In this document: one piece after another, positions 63,802 to 64,000 of the stretch
How positions within the stretch are numbered: position 1 is the first letter of the stretch
Layout of the letters: each line of letters opens with the position of its first letter
Assembly (NCBI GenBank): GCA_918797485.1
Contig: CAKKNE010000001.1
Coordinates: forward strand, 1,178,001-1,242,000
DNA length: 64,000 bases
DNA from: Pelagomonas calceolata
Lineage: Eukaryota
Direction: 5' to 3'
Position numbers and translations under genes: made by a program
Notes under the pieces: model-generated
Told to the model about the DNA's origin: nothing
The model's database searches: none
The model's input: the letters and a program-made list of their open reading frames with translations, nothing else

Positions 63802-63829
63802 CGCGCGCGCCCTCACAAGCCGCGCATCG

Positions 63830-64000
63830 ATGCCGAGGAAGGCCCCCCTCCAAGAAAACGCGATGGAGGACGACGACGATGAGGCGCCGCCCCCTCAAAA
63901 GCCCCAGCAAAAGAAGCGCAAGCGCCGCGAAGCTAAAGATAGGACGCCCGTCATGGACGGCCAGACGGAGGAGGAACGCCGGATTCTGAGGCAGGAGCAG
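63830..64000 (+). CDS. 5' part of a gene, possibly the Smc5/6 kleisin NSE4
   Basis: MPRKAPLQEN...KKRKRR...GQTEEERRILRQEQ; only 57 codons are visible. Confidence 0.45.
   Translation, partial: MPRKAPLQENAMEDDDDEAPPPQKPQQKKRKRREAKDRTPVMDGQTEEERRILRQEQ

Overview
Gene-dense, GC-rich eukaryotic nuclear DNA. It is most likely from a pelagophyte stramenopile alga (Pelagomonas/Aureococcus-like); this is inferred from ASAFAP-type bipartite plastid presequences, short GT/GC-AG introns and introner-type elements. About 40 protein genes lie in mostly alternating divergent/convergent pairs. They include plastid RSH (ppGpp), GrpE, TRM11-like, a mitochondrial carrier, a kinesin, a carotenoid oxygenase, uS5m, CWC21, an FtsH-like protease, RING ligases and a ~2600-aa AEPA-repeat/IQ protein. 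Most introns are related to one non-autonomous DNA-transposon (introner) family with TIR CTGTGTGGAAATCAA and an 8-bp TSD, seen at different stages of decay. The most notable unexplained structure is a two-part 'punctuation'. A 22-23 bp CTAGTG..N..CGCTAGC box recurs in most divergent promoter spacers, and the introner core word CGCCATCG(A/C)CGCG recurs in convergent 3'-end spacers. Other highlights: a GAF-RING fusion, an xRGG-delimited two-repeat secreted precursor, two head-to-head junctions of 5'-truncated genes, and two ORF-poor islands. No rRNA, tRNA or CRISPR array was recognised. All calls were made by eye, without database searches.
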